Positions 1 to 13,159 of a DNA stretch of 64,000 nucleotides are shown here, piece by piece (position 1 is the stretch's first letter; each line of letters opens with the position of its first letter). The notes beneath the pieces were generated by a model, which saw only the letters and a list, made by a program, of their open reading frames with translations, was not told where the DNA came from and did not search any database. A program made the position numbers and the translations under genes. The DNA comes from Lophium mytilinum (taxonomy: Eukaryota): NCBI GenBank assembly GCA_010093605.1, contig MU004187.1, positions 1 through 64,000 of the forward strand, given 5' to 3'.

Positions 1-95
1 CCTAACCCTAACCCTAACCCTAACCCTAACCCTAACCCTAACCCTAACCCTAACCCTAACCCTAACCCTAACCCTAACCCTAACCCTAACCCTAA
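1..95 (+). repeat. Telomeric repeat (CCCTAA)n, chromosome end
   Basis: About 16 perfect CCCTAA units from base 1, followed by variant GCCTAA/CCTAAG sequence. Confidence 0.98.
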
Positions 96-3000
96 GCCTA
101 AGCTCTATACTAGAAACTAATCTAGCACTATATAGCCTTGCTAAACTTAATAATATTCTTAATAATGCGTAGATAGCTACTTTTACCGCTAATATATTTA
201 CTATTAACCCTTCTAACTACTAAAAGTTCTTTAAGAAGATAAATTAACCTCTAATTACTAATAAAGAGATTAAGAAGTTACTTTCTAATTAGCTGCACTA
301 TATAGTAGACGCATAGAATCCTTATAAAGTAAATAAGCTTCTACCCTATTAATTAATAGACTATATAATTAACGTCCTCCCTAACTTAAAGCTACCTGCC
401 TGTAAAGTATATAGCCTTTTAAAAGATTAAGTAGCTATTATTAAAGCCTTTATTAATAAAATGCGCGTAAAAGATTTTATCTAACTAAGCTCCTTCTTAT
501 ATACTATACTAACTCTAGTTATAAAGAAACTAGAAGAAGGGCTCTATATTTATATTAATTACTATAGCCTTAATAAGATTAGTATTAAAAGCTATAATAT
601 ACTACTACTTATAAAGGATACTCTTATACTATTAGCTAAAGCTAAATACTATATAAAACTAGATATTATTAGCGCATTTAACGCCCTCTATATTAAAGAA
701 GGTAATAAATATAAAATAGCTTTTCTAACTTATTAGGGGCTATTTAAATTTATAGTCCTCCCGTTTAGCTTATATAATGCACCTAGTTTCTTTTAAGTAT
801 ATATTAATAATACCTTATAAAAATACCTTAATAATTTCTATACTATATATATAGATAATATCTTAATATATAGTAATATACTAGAGAAATATAAGGCGCA
901 CGTTCTTATAGTTATAATAAAACTTTATAATATAGGCCTATTTCTTAACATCTATAAATATAAATTTACTGTTAATAAAGTTAAATATCTTAGTATACTT
1001 ATTAGTATTAATAGAGTCTAAATAGATCTAGTAAAGGTCTAAATAGTACTAGACTAGCTAACGCTATAAAACCTTAAGAATGTATAGGCGTTTCTTAGTT
1101 TCTATAATTTCTATTAATACTTTATAGCTAACTACTCCGCGTTTATAGCTCTACTAATAACGCTAACCTTAGCCGTATAAAAAGGCTTTAAATTTCTATA
1201 GTTAGATAATAGTAATAAAGCTAAGGCTTTTTATAATATTAAGAAATATTTCTATATAGCTCTATAGCTTATACTATAGAACCCGGACTATAATACTTAG
1301 ATTAAGTATAATTCTTTAGATTATACTATAGCTACTATAATATTACAAGTCTAGCCTAATAGAACGCTTTACCTAGTCGCCTTTATATTATAATAGATAA
1401 TACTATAATAGATTAATTATACTATCTATAATAAGAAGCTTCTTACTATAGTACTTATATTTAAAGAATAGAGGCTAGAGCTTACTAAATAAGGCTAAGA
1501 GTGCAATAGCCCGGTTAATATTATCTTAAATTATAAAAACCTCTAGATATTTATAACCTCTAAACGGCTTAACTAATAATAAGCCTAATAGGCTAAATTT
1601 TTTACTAAGTTTAACTTTAAGATTACCTATAAGCTAGGCAAGTAAAATAAAAAACCTAACTTACTAACTTAATAACTAGGTAATAAACTAGCTCTAGGAG
1701 ATAACTAATATAAATATTAAGAGTAAGTTATACTAAAACTAAGTAACTATAAACTAGAAATATACTACGCTATTAAGCTTACGCATATTTTTACTAATAT
1801 ACTTAAATATACTTCTATTAAGCTAGTATAGATAATATATAACTTTAGTAAATTTAATTATTTAGAAGATAATAGTATCTAGCTAGTAGTTACGCGCATA
1901 TACTCTCTACCTACTATTCTAGATAAGCTAGATAATTCTAGACTATACATTTATATAAGAGGCCGCCCTAGAAAGATAACTAAAGCTCCTTAACTAGTAG
2001 CTATACTAGATAAGATAAATAACTCTAGCCCAGCTCGCCTATAAGAACGCCCTAAGAAGAATAAGATAACTCTAGTAGATAAGCTATATAATTCTACTAT
2101 TAAGAAACTACCTATAGATAATAAGCTAAATAATTTATCTAAAATAGTTCTTATAGGTAATTAAATTCTTTAAAGAATCTAAAAGTACTTTAAAGGTAAC
2201 CCTATTATAAAAGCTATTAAATACACTAAATACTGTAACTAATAATAACTACCTGCGCAGTTCTATTAAGATTATTATTTATAAATAGAACTAGGCAACT
2301 ATAAAGTTATTAATAACCTTCTCTATATCTATAAGTAGCTCTATATTCTAAATATTAAATAACTACGTACTTATATTATCTAATCTATATATAAACCTAA
2401 GCCCGCTAAATATACTAGAATAATATTAATCTATATATAACTATATAAGTACTATTACTAGCTATAAATAACCTCTTATATAGACTAATATATTAGCGCC
2501 TATCTAGCCTATAAAAGATCTAAGTACTTCTAAGAAGAAAAATAAGAACTACTCCGCCCGTTATCTATTCTAGATTAGTATTAGCACTATATTTCTATTA
2601 ACTTTATTACCCCTCTACCTATCTATAAATAATAGGGCTATAAACTTAAATATATTATAGTTATTATTAATTAGTTCTCTAAGAAGAGAAAGTTTATTAC
2701 TATAGATTCTATAAAAGCTAAGGACGTCGCCTAAGCATTTATTAAATAGATATAGTAAGAAGAAGAATACCTATACTTAATTATTTCTAATTAAGGCCCT
2801 TAATTTATTTCCCACTTCTAGAAGTAGCTATGCGCCCGAGTAGAAATAAAACTAAAACTATCTACTATATTCTACCTAGAGACTAATAGTTAAATGGAAA
2901 TTACTAATATAGCTCTTAAATAGTACCTACGCGCATATATTAACTATAAATAAGATAATTAGGCTAACCTTCTACCTATTACTAAGTTTAAAGCAAATTT

Positions 3001-4315
3001 AGATAAAATAACTACTAGCATCTCTCCTTTTATTATAATAAAAGGGTATAATCTACGCTCTAGTCTTAAACTAGCTAATAACTCTATAGTTAAAGGACTA
3101 TAGAAGCCTCTTAGAGAGAAGGCTAACGCGCTTACTAAGTAATTAAATAACCTCCGCCTCTTTCTCTATAATAAATTAATTTAGGTATAAGCTAGATAGG
3201 AAGAGTTTACTAACTATAAGCGGAAACTAGCTACTAAATTTAAAGTAGGTAACTAAGTTATATTAAATGCGCGCAATATTAAAACTAGGCGCCTAAATAA
3301 ATTACTAGACTATAAATAGCTTAGTCTATTTAAAGTTACTAGAGTTATTAATAATACTACCTATAAGCTATCTCTTCTATATACTATAAAGGGAGTATTT
3401 AACGCCTTCTATCTATAGCTACTTTATTACATTATGCATAAGCCGTTAGAAGGCTAGATTTAGAAAGAACCTAGACCCGTTAAAATTAATAAGGAAGGCT
3501 ATAAGTAATAGAACGTTAATAAAATTATTAACTTATATATTAATAAGGCTATGCTTAACCTAGCTATAAACTAAAAAGGCTTACTTTAGTATAAGATTCT
3601 TTATACTAGTTACCCTAAGTAGAACACTAATCCTTAATAGAAATCCTATACTAGTATTACTAATTACTGTAATATTATTATAGACTATTACTACGCCTAC
3701 CTAAAAGTAAAAGAACTCTATAAGTTTTTTTAGAAGCCTAAATATTAGAAGCTACTACTTACCCTAATTATAATAACGCTCTATAGATAACGCCTATCCC
3801 CTACCTTACTAACTTAACTAGCACCGGCCGGCTAAGCTATTACTAATTTATTAGATAACGCTGCACCGCATAGACTACGCAATAAAGCTTAGTAACGCAC
3901 GTAAGATTAACTATATTACTAACCTTATATTTAAGGCTTAGTAAGCGCCTATAACTTAGAAGAATAATAAGGCCCTTTATATAATATTAAGATTATTACT
4001 TAACTAATTAATTAAAGAAGGACTACTCTATAGTAAGTATATATACTAGAATAGAAAGGCTGCATATATATAGCTTTCTTTTAGAGGGGGGTAGTATTAT
4101 AGCTATAATATAACCCTTATTATAATATACTTCTATTATAAGTAATAGCGTTATATAGCCTCTATTACGTATTACTATTATATAACCTTACTTAGCGCTA
4201 GCCTTACCTACCTCTTAGCCGGCGCTCCGCGCCCTACTTTTTCTTCTTATAGCTACTTTATTATATACTTAATACTATCTAGTTTTCTATTATAATTCTA
4301 TATTATACTATAATA
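96..4315 (+). mobile_element. RIP-degenerated Ty3/gypsy (chromovirus-like) LTR retrotransposon, 5'-truncated at the telomere
   Basis: Reversing C>T/G>A changes recovers RT motifs (VKKPGGGLRICVDY ~520-565; CTAYMDDILIYS ~838-875), RNase H [13 protein letters not shown] (~1415-1452), integrase (DFIT ~2600; LSTxFHPETDGQ ~2858-2895) and a chromodomain-like tail (~3500-3700). Polypurine tract AGAGGGGGGTAG at 4083-4094. Confidence 0.9.
4095..4315 (+). repeat. 3' LTR of gypsy relic 1
   Basis: Starts immediately after the PPT with TATTAT (RIPed TGTyAC) and ends ATAATA (RIPed GTrACA). Last 35 nt are identical to the end of the second element's LTR. Confidence 0.7.
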
Positions 4316-4797
4316 GTAGAATTATTAAATATAAAAGAACTCTAAGATAACTTTTTATTTCTTTATCTAACTCTCTTCTCTTTCTTCTAATAATAAAAGA
4401 TAAGAGCTCTTTTACCTTAAGTAATTATTCTAATAATTTCTTGCGCTTTTAGAGTGCAGAAATCTACTATAAAGAGTGGAAGACCTAAGAGAAGTAAAAC
4501 TAAACCTAGAGAGTATAAGTTAAAGAAGTAAATTTACTATTTTCTATTAACTTTTTTAACTTTCCCTTTAATATAAACCCTTTTATATACTCTCTAATAT
4601 ACTAATCTTTTTTTAAGAAGGGTTAAGACGCTAGAAAGGATTTCCATAAATTTAGAAGTTTAATTGCAAATTCTAGGTAAATGCTATGCTAGAGAAATTC
4701 GCAATTTAGAAGTAAGTAAGTACTTATCTTTTAACCCTTTTTTACCTTTTATATTAGGCTAATTTATACTTTAATTAGAGCTTCTAACTGCTGCTAC

Positions 4798-5382
4798 NNN
4801 NNNNNNNNNNNNNNNNNNNNNNNNNNNNNNNNNNNNNNNNNNNNNNNNNNNNNNNNNNNNNNNNNNNNNNNNNNNNNNNNNNNNNNNNNNNNNNNNNNNN
4901 NNNNNNNNNNNNNNNNNNNNNNNNNNNNNNNNNNNNNNNNNNNNNNNNNNNNNNNNNNNNNNNNNNNNNNNNNNNNNNNNNNNNNNNNNNNNNNNNNNNN
5001 NNNNNNNNNNNNNNNNNNNNNNNNNNNNNNNNNNNNNNNNNNNNNNNNNNNNNNNNNNNNNNNNNNNNNNNNNNNNNNNNNNNNNNNNNNNNNNNNNNNN
5101 NNNNNNNNNNNNNNNNNNNNNNNNNNNNNNNNNNNNNNNNNNNNNNNNNNNNNNNNNNNNNNNNNNNNNNNNNNNNNNNNNNNNNNNNNNNNNNNNNNNN
5201 NNNNNNNNNNNNNNNNNNNNNNNNNNNNNNNNNNNNNNNNNNNNNNNNNNNNNNNNNNNNNNNNNNNNNNNNNNNNNNNNNNNNNNNNNNNNNNNNNNNN
5301 NNNNNNNNNNNNNNNNNNNNNNNNNNNNNNNNNNNNNNNNNNNNNNNNNNNNNNNNNNNNNNNNNNNNNNNNNNNNNNNNNN
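4798..5382. other. Assembly gap (585 N)
   Basis: Run of N. Confidence 1.
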
Positions 5383-8300
5383 ATATATATTACTAAGCTA
5401 GAATAGAAATTTAAAAGGGTTATTTTTATTATTACCTTTAAAGAGTAGTAAGCCTTAGTATTAAAGTATATATTATATTAGCTTTCTAAGATCTCTTATA
5501 TCTAGTTTAATACTATATATATACTATACTAGTAATTATATCTAAAATATACTAGTAAGGTACTATTACCTATATATAATCTTATAGAATAGATATTTAT
5601 TATAAATATTATATACTTACTATAGATACTTAATATATTCTAGATATATTCTAGAGATAATCTAGATATAATATATTATATATAGTAGTAGTTTAAAATA
5701 CTAGTATAAGGGGTAATTACTATAGTATCTACTATTAGCTATATTTAATACTTTCTAAGGTATCTATATATATATATATATTATTTTAGTAATATTATAT
5801 TTTTTATATTTTTTCTCTATTCTATACAAAATTCTACTATATTAGGAATTAAAAATAATTTAAAACGCTTTAGTTTAGCTATTATTTTGCTTTTAATTAG
5901 AAATCGCGGCGTTAAAATAAGGTTTTAGCACTAAAATAAGCTCTAATTTAACGTCCCTGCTATATAAAATAAGCTTACTAAAGCTACTTTAAGTAGCTTA
6001 GTAAAATATTTACTAAATCTTATAAAAAATTTTTTACTATAACTATGCTTTTACGCTCGTTAATATGCTTTTAAAATTGCTTAATTATTTTTAGTAATAG
6101 TTATTACTTTTAATTTTTAAGTAATCTAGTATATACTATATTAAGAAACTAAGTTAAATATTAGATATCTAATAGTTAAAATAGTACTAGTAGTAATAAT
6201 ATAGACACTTTATTATAAAATAGTACTTCTATATACTATAACTACTATAACTTACTATATTTATCTATTTTATTAGGTAAAGTATTAAACTATTTTTTTA
6301 AAGGGGTTTAATATATAATTATTATTAAGTAGTATAGCTTAGCTTCTATATAAATCTAAATAGACTATATTTACTTAGTATATCTAGTATTAGCCTAGCG
6401 CTATTATAGTATATACTAGTACTACTTAAAATATTTTAAGTATTATTAGTATATATAAAAATAAATATATATATTTAATATTTAAATAGCCTAACCCTTA
6501 TTAAATTAGCGTCCCTATATAAAATATACGCTAGTAATACTAAATTATATAGAGAACTTTTAGAAACTAACCCTTTTTATTACTACCGTTATTTACTACT
6601 ATTATTTACTACCGTTACCTAATAACACTAGTAATAATATTATTACTAGCTACCGTTATTATTATAGTTAGGCCCTAATAACGCGGAAGACTCCCCTTAG
6701 CTTAATTATAATAGTAAGCCTCTTCTACCTAAACTAGTTCTACTAGATAAGCTACTAGTATATAATATTTAATTTATCTCTATATATATCTATTCTATTA
6801 TAGCTAAATATAATAAAGATATAGTTATAACTATTAGTTTATAAGACTTTAAGTAACTAGATTAACTATAGAATATAGATAAGCAACATATATATAGATA
6901 ATAGGTAGTAAACCTAGTAGATATTACTACTAAGAACTACCGCTAGTTTAAAGAGAAAATAACTAAATTACTATATACTAAGGACTAGCTATAATAGAAG
7001 GTTTCTTTCTTTTTCTACTAGATTTTAGATATATTTAATTTATAAGTAGCTAATAAGCTACCTCTATATAGGCCTAGTATTAATTATACTATTAATTTTA
7101 AAGACCCTAATATAAAACTACTAGTCCTATATTAGTATAGCCTTTTCTATAATAAATTATAGGCTGTTAAAGCCTATATTAATAAAATACTAGGTAAAAG
7201 CTTTATCTATTTTAGTATATTACTCTTTATAGCGCTAGTTATTATTATCTATAAACTAGATAGAGGACTCCGCATCTATATTAACTACTACTTACTAAAT
7301 AATATTATAGTTAAGAATAGAAACGCCTCTTCTCTTTTATATAATATAATTATGCAACTTTATAAAGCTAAAATATACTCTATCTTTAATATTATTATAG
7401 CCTTTAATAACATCTATATTAAAGATAGTAATTAATCTAAAATAGCTTTCTATATCTAATATAGTATCTTTAAGTTTAATATTATACCTTTTAGCTTATA
7501 TAATGCTCCTAGAATATTCTAATTCTTTATTAATTCTATACTCTACCTATATCTAGATATCTACTATATAGCCTATATAGATAATATTCTTATTTATAGT
7601 AATAATAAAGAGAACTATAAGAGAAACTATATAAATATTCTTATAGCCCTGCATAATATAGAACTCTTTCTTAATATTAATAAATACTACTTTTTAGTTA
7701 AACGCGTTAAGTATCTTAGACTTATTATTATATCTAATAGTATAGAAATAGACCTAAATAAAGTTAGTACTATCTAAAACTAGAAAATACTATATAATAT
7801 TAAGAATATATAATTATTTCTTAGTTTCTATAACTTCTATTAGTAATTTATTACTAGTTATTTATAGATTACCGCCCTACTAACTAAGCTTACTAAAAAA
7901 ATAATAAAATAAGATAATTTTCCCTTACTTACTAATAGTCTAGTAGTATAAGCCTTTAAGAAGCTTAAAGCCTTATTTCTATCCGCACTAGTTCTAGCCT
8001 ACTTTAATCTAGATCTAGACTATATACTAGAGACTAATACCTTAGATTATATTATAGCCGCAATCTTCTCTTAATAAGGCCTAGATAGAATTCTCCGCCC
8101 TATTACCTTTCTATTTAAGAAGATAACTCTAGCAGAATATAACTATAAAATATATAATAAAGAGTTACTTACTATTATCCGCGCCTTTAAAGAATAGCGC
8201 CCTAAACTTACTAGTATTATTAACTCTATACTTATATAAATAGACTATAAGAACCTAGAATACTTTATATCTTTTAAATAGTTAAATTACTAATAAGCCC

Positions 8301-10713
8301 GTTAGGCTAAGTATCTTTCTTAATTTAACTTTATCCTAAACTAGCAACTAGATAAGTAGTTAACTAAGTCTAATAGCCTTACTTATAGGCCTAGTAATAT
8401 TCTAGATAATTTAAATAACTCTAGAACTATATATTAAATATAGATAGTATTAAAAAAAAGAAACCTACTAGAAGAAATATACTAAGCCCTATAGCTTACT
8501 AGTATACTTCTTAATAAATAGAAAGTATCTATTATTTAGCTTACTAAGCTAATATATAAAGTTATAGAATAGTACTCTATAAATATTCTATATATTATTC
8601 TAGTAGCTAATAGAATAAGAGAAATAAAGAAGTGCTTAACTAAGGTTATAGCTAATTATAGTAAGTTAGATAAAGATCTATAGAACGCTACCTCTAATAT
8701 TATTATACCTACTATACCTTAGCCTACGCCCATAGCTACTAATAATCCACCTAGCGAAGAAGCGCTAAAAGTATCTAAACCTAGTAATAAGTTAGATAAG
8801 AACTTACTAAAGAACTATACTAATAATACTACTATCTAGTAGATTAATTAAGTTTATATAGAGAATAATATCCTCTAGCATATTATACACGCTAAGGAAA
8901 CTAGTAAATAATAGATTCTACTTAAACTTATTTAAAAGTAAGGTATTAAGATTAAGCTTAGTAACTATAAAATCTATAAAAATAGACTATTTATTAATAG
9001 TTATCTATATATTCTATATAATATAAAGCTCTATATATAATTAATTAAAAAAGCCTATAACTCTCTTTCTAGAGGCTATACTAGAAGAAACTCCCTCTAT
9101 TATTACCTCTTATTCTAGTACTGCTAGCTAGAAATTATAAACTCTATTACTATATATATTAATACCTACCTTATATATAGATGTATAAAGGTCTATAAGA
9201 ATAGTAAATATAGCTTACTTAAGCTACTCCCTATTCTAAATTAATACTAGATAGATATCTCTATTAATTTTATTACTAAGCTGCCCCCTTATACTATTAA
9301 GGGCCGCATATACTAATATAATAGTAGTTATTAATTAACTTTCTAAAAAATATAAATTTATTTCTCTAGACTCTATAGAGCTAGAAGACGTTATATAGGC
9401 CTTTATTAATTAGATTTAGTATAAAGAAGGCTATCTAGACTATATTATATTTAACTATAGTATATAGTTTATATTCTTCTTTTAGAAGTACCTATATAAA
9501 TATATAGAAACGCATCTAAAGCTATCTACTATAGCCTATCTAGAAACTAATAGATAGACTAAAATTATTAACGCAGGTTTAAAGTAGTACCTGCGCGTAT
9601 ATATCTATTACCTATAAGATAACTAGATAAACTTAGTTATATTTACTAAATTTAAGGCTAATACTAATATTAATTAGTCTACTAGTATATTACTATTTAA
9701 GGCTACTAAAGGCTATATACTTTATAGTAGCTTAGAGCTATTATTATAAGAAGTTATTATTCTAGGCCCTAAATAATATAGAGTTAACGCAGCTAAGAAA
9801 CTTATTACCTATATTTATAATCTATAAGAGTTTCTTAAAGAAGAGCTCTATTAGAATTAATCTAAGATAAAGAAACTAGCTAATTAAAATTGGCTACCTA
9901 CCCCTAAATTTAAGGTTAATAATATAGTTATACTTAATACTAAGAATATCTATACTATATAGCTAAGTAAGTCTCTTAACTATAAGAATCTTAGTCTATT
10001 TTATATAATACGGGTTATTAATAATATAGCCTATAAGCTAGAACTTTCTAAGTCTATAAAAGAAATCTTTCTAGTATTCTATCTATAGTTACTCTATTAA
10101 ATTAATAAAAATCCTTCCCTTCTAGAATAATATCTAGAACCCCTACCTGCACTTAAGATAGAAGATAATAGCTTTATAGGGGAATACTATATTAATAAAA
10201 TACTAGACTCCCACTTTAATAGCTAACGCCTTAATTTCTATATAGGTAAGAAGCCTTACTTAATCTATAAGATAGCCTAGACTAGATATAATAATACCCG
10301 GCCTAAATAGAAGCTCTATTAGAATACTAATAGCTATAATAAACTCCTTATAGAATACTATATAAAGTATAGCCTTAAGCTAGAATTTTATTTAATATTT
10401 AGTATATCTAAATAGAAGGTTGCGAAAATAATAGGTAAGAGTATAAGTACTACTATAGTAATAGTAGATCTATAGAATATTCTTAGTACTAGCCTAAGTA
10501 AGTATAAATAGTAATTTTATTAGGTAGCTAAGTTATCTTATAAGAAGGCTATTCTATATAGGTAACCTAAAGTAGAACTCTAATAGATAGAAGCTAATAA
10601 TAGACCTTAGATTAATTTATATAGTCTACTAGTAGCGCTTAAGAATAACTATAAGTATAAATATAAGAGTAAATATAATAGAAATAATAAATATAGTATA
10701 ACTATAGATAATA

Positions 10714-11560
10714 GAGGCTAGTACTAGTACCCCCCCTAATTAGTATAAGTATACCCCCTTTTTAGTATATATATACCCCCCATCTTATCTAGTCTTCTAA
10801 TTAGCCCGGAGGGGTCCTCTAAGGCCTCTAATTTACTTACTTTAGTTGCTTACTAACTCTAAATATAGCGTAGCTATAAATTATAACCTTATTCTTATTC
10901 TTATCTATAGAGGACTATATTCTATAGTATTAAAATAGCGCTTATTTTAAGCCTTAGCTAGCTCTTTAGCCTTAGCTAGCTCCTTAGCCTTAGGTAGCGC
11001 TAGTACTACTTTCTTATAAGAAGCCGCTGCTTTCTAATTAGAAGCTTTAATATTAGATAGTATTATATAATTAGTTTATAGAGGGGTTAATAGATTAGAA
11101 TAGCTAGAGAAGCGTAGTAGTAATATAGGGGGGCTAGGTTTAATATAGAGAGGCTATAATAAGGTAAGAATTTAACTATTTTAGTATACTTATAGGTATA
11201 TAGATATATAGATAGTAATATAATAGCCTATATATACTATAGAAAATAGAAAGTATATATAGTAAATAGGTATACTATATAGCCTTACTATAAGTAGCCT
11301 TATATATAGTCTTATATATAGCTTATATATAGCCTTATCTATAGCCTTATCTATAGCCTTACGCGCAGCTAAGTATAGGCTATTAGAAATAGTAAGAATA
11401 TATAATAAAATAGAAAGGCTATATAGCCTTACTATAAAGTACTAGAGTAATATTCTAAGCCCTCCGGGCTAATTAGAAGACTAGATAAGATAGAGGGTAT
11501 ATATACACTAAAAAGGGGGTATACTTATACTAATTAGAAGGGGTACTAGTACTAGCCCTC
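10714..11560. mobile_element. Non-autonomous Mutator-like (MULE) DNA element nested in the 3' region of gypsy relic 2
   Basis: ~100-bp terminal inverted repeats (10714-10813 vs 11460-11560; termini GAGG...CCTC) flanked by an exact 9-bp direct repeat TAGATAATA (10705-10713 and 11561-11569). Confidence 0.85.
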
Positions 11561-11696
11561 TAGATAATAGTAAGTATATAAATAGAAGAGCTATATAAGC
11601 GGCTTAATATAGATAAAATAGAAAGAATAGAATAGATAGAGGAGCTATAGTATATTATAAGCCTTATAGAACTTTAGCTTTTAAAGGGGGGGGTAG

Positions 11697-11952
11697 TATT
11701 ATAGTATAAACCTAGAATTATAATAATTATATACTAAGGTTATATATAGCCCCTTATATAACCTAAGTAAGATACTAGTCTAAGGCGCTAGGCTATAGCA
11801 TATATACTAGCCTTAAACTATAACCTCTTAAGAGCTTCTAGCTCTCTCTCTTCTTCTTAGCTTAGATTTTTATAATAGTTAATACACCTTATTACTTATA
11901 TTATACTAGCCCTCTATAGTTTTCTATTATAATTCTATATTATACTATAATA
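11697..11952 (+). repeat. 3' LTR of gypsy relic 2
   Basis: Follows the PPT; TATTAT...ATAATA termini; shares its 35-nt end with the LTR at 4095-4315. Confidence 0.7.
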
Positions 11953-12639
11953 ATAATTCTACTTTTTATTTAATATATCTATATACTTTATAGCCTATAA
12001 TATATATTTATACTTATCTATCTTACTATAGTAGCTTTAGTAACTATCTACTATAGTACTTTTTTATTTTTTTTAGATACCTCTAGATTATCTAAGTAAA
12101 TAGTAATCTTTTTAGTATCTTTCTCTATAAGTTTTTATAGCTTTTTTCTTATTTTAAAAGTATTTTAATTAGTAAATATATAATATTAATTTAACTATAG
12201 AATATAGAGTTAGTATACTTTAGAAATACTAGTAATAGTATAGATATTAGCTAAATTTAGCTAATAATTTAAATATTAGGTAGTTACTTTAGTAGTAAAT
12301 ATAGCTAATTAAGATAAAGTAAAAAAAATCTTTAAACCTTTAACTTTATAAACTAATTCTAGTAGAAAACTAAAGTACTTTACTTAGAATTTATATATAG
12401 CTAGATTTTTCTAAAGGTATACTATATCTTATACTTTAAATAAGAGTATAAGTATTTCTATACTCTTCTATTATATATTAATATTCTCTAACTTTAGTAT
12501 ATATATACCTCTATTATCTAATCTTTTAATTAGCTAGAATAGCTTAAACTTTTATTTAGAGCTCTAGTAGCTAGCTACTTAGCTTAAAGAAGAGTATTAT
12601 AGAATAGTAGTAGTACTATAAAAGGTAGTATAGTAGTCT

Positions 12640-13159
12640 AAAAGCGCCTATTCTAAGCCTTAGCCTTAGCCTTAGCTTACTTCTTAGCCTTAGGCAGCGC
12701 TAGCGCAGCTTTCTTATAAAGAGCTCTAATATTAGATAGTATTATATAAGAAGAATAGCTAGTAGAGTATAGTAGTAATATAGGGGAGGCTAGATTTAAT
12801 ATAGAGAGGCTATAATAAGATAAGAATTTAACTATTTTAGTATACTTATAGATATATAAATATATAAATAGTAATATAATAGCCTATATATACTATAGAA
12901 AATAGAAAGTATATATAGTAAAATAGATATACTATATAGCCTTATATATAGCCTTATATATAGCCTTATATATAGATTATATATATAGCCTTATTTATAG
13001 CCTTAATAGGCTACTAGAAATAGTAAGAATATATAATAAAATAGTAGTAATTTAAGCCCTCTAAACTAATTAAAAGATTAAATAAAAGAAGGGTATATAT
13101 CTACTAATATTAAAGGGTATTAATATATAATAGAAGGGTATAGAAATACTTATACCCTT
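12640..13159. mobile_element. Second, diverged copy of the right half of the MULE-like element
   Basis: 12640-13045 aligns as a direct repeat to ~10935-11415. 13052-13110 is a transition-diverged version of the right TIR (AAGCCCTC...CTAATTA...GGGTATATAT). Confidence 0.75.

Larger units (their letters stand above)
6550..11952 (+). mobile_element. RIP-degenerated Ty3/gypsy LTR retrotransposon 2 (5' boundary uncertain)
   Basis: De-RIPed motifs: ADKLPPHRPGVDH (~7048-7087), KPGGGLRICVDY (~7253-7290), CTAYMDDILIYS (~7565-7600), ETDASDY (~8030), [23 protein letters not shown] (~8141-8210), integrase WTDISVDFIT (~9248-9277) and STAYHPETDGQTE (~9525-9563), chromodomain-like region ~10180-10350. PPT AAAGGGGGGGGTAG at 11683-11696. 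Confidence 0.88.

Noticed and set aside
12655..12692. Interstitial telomere-like (GCCTTA)n repeats
   Set aside because: Part of the duplicated MULE interior (also ~10950-10992); probably RIPed low-complexity sequence, not CCCTAA.
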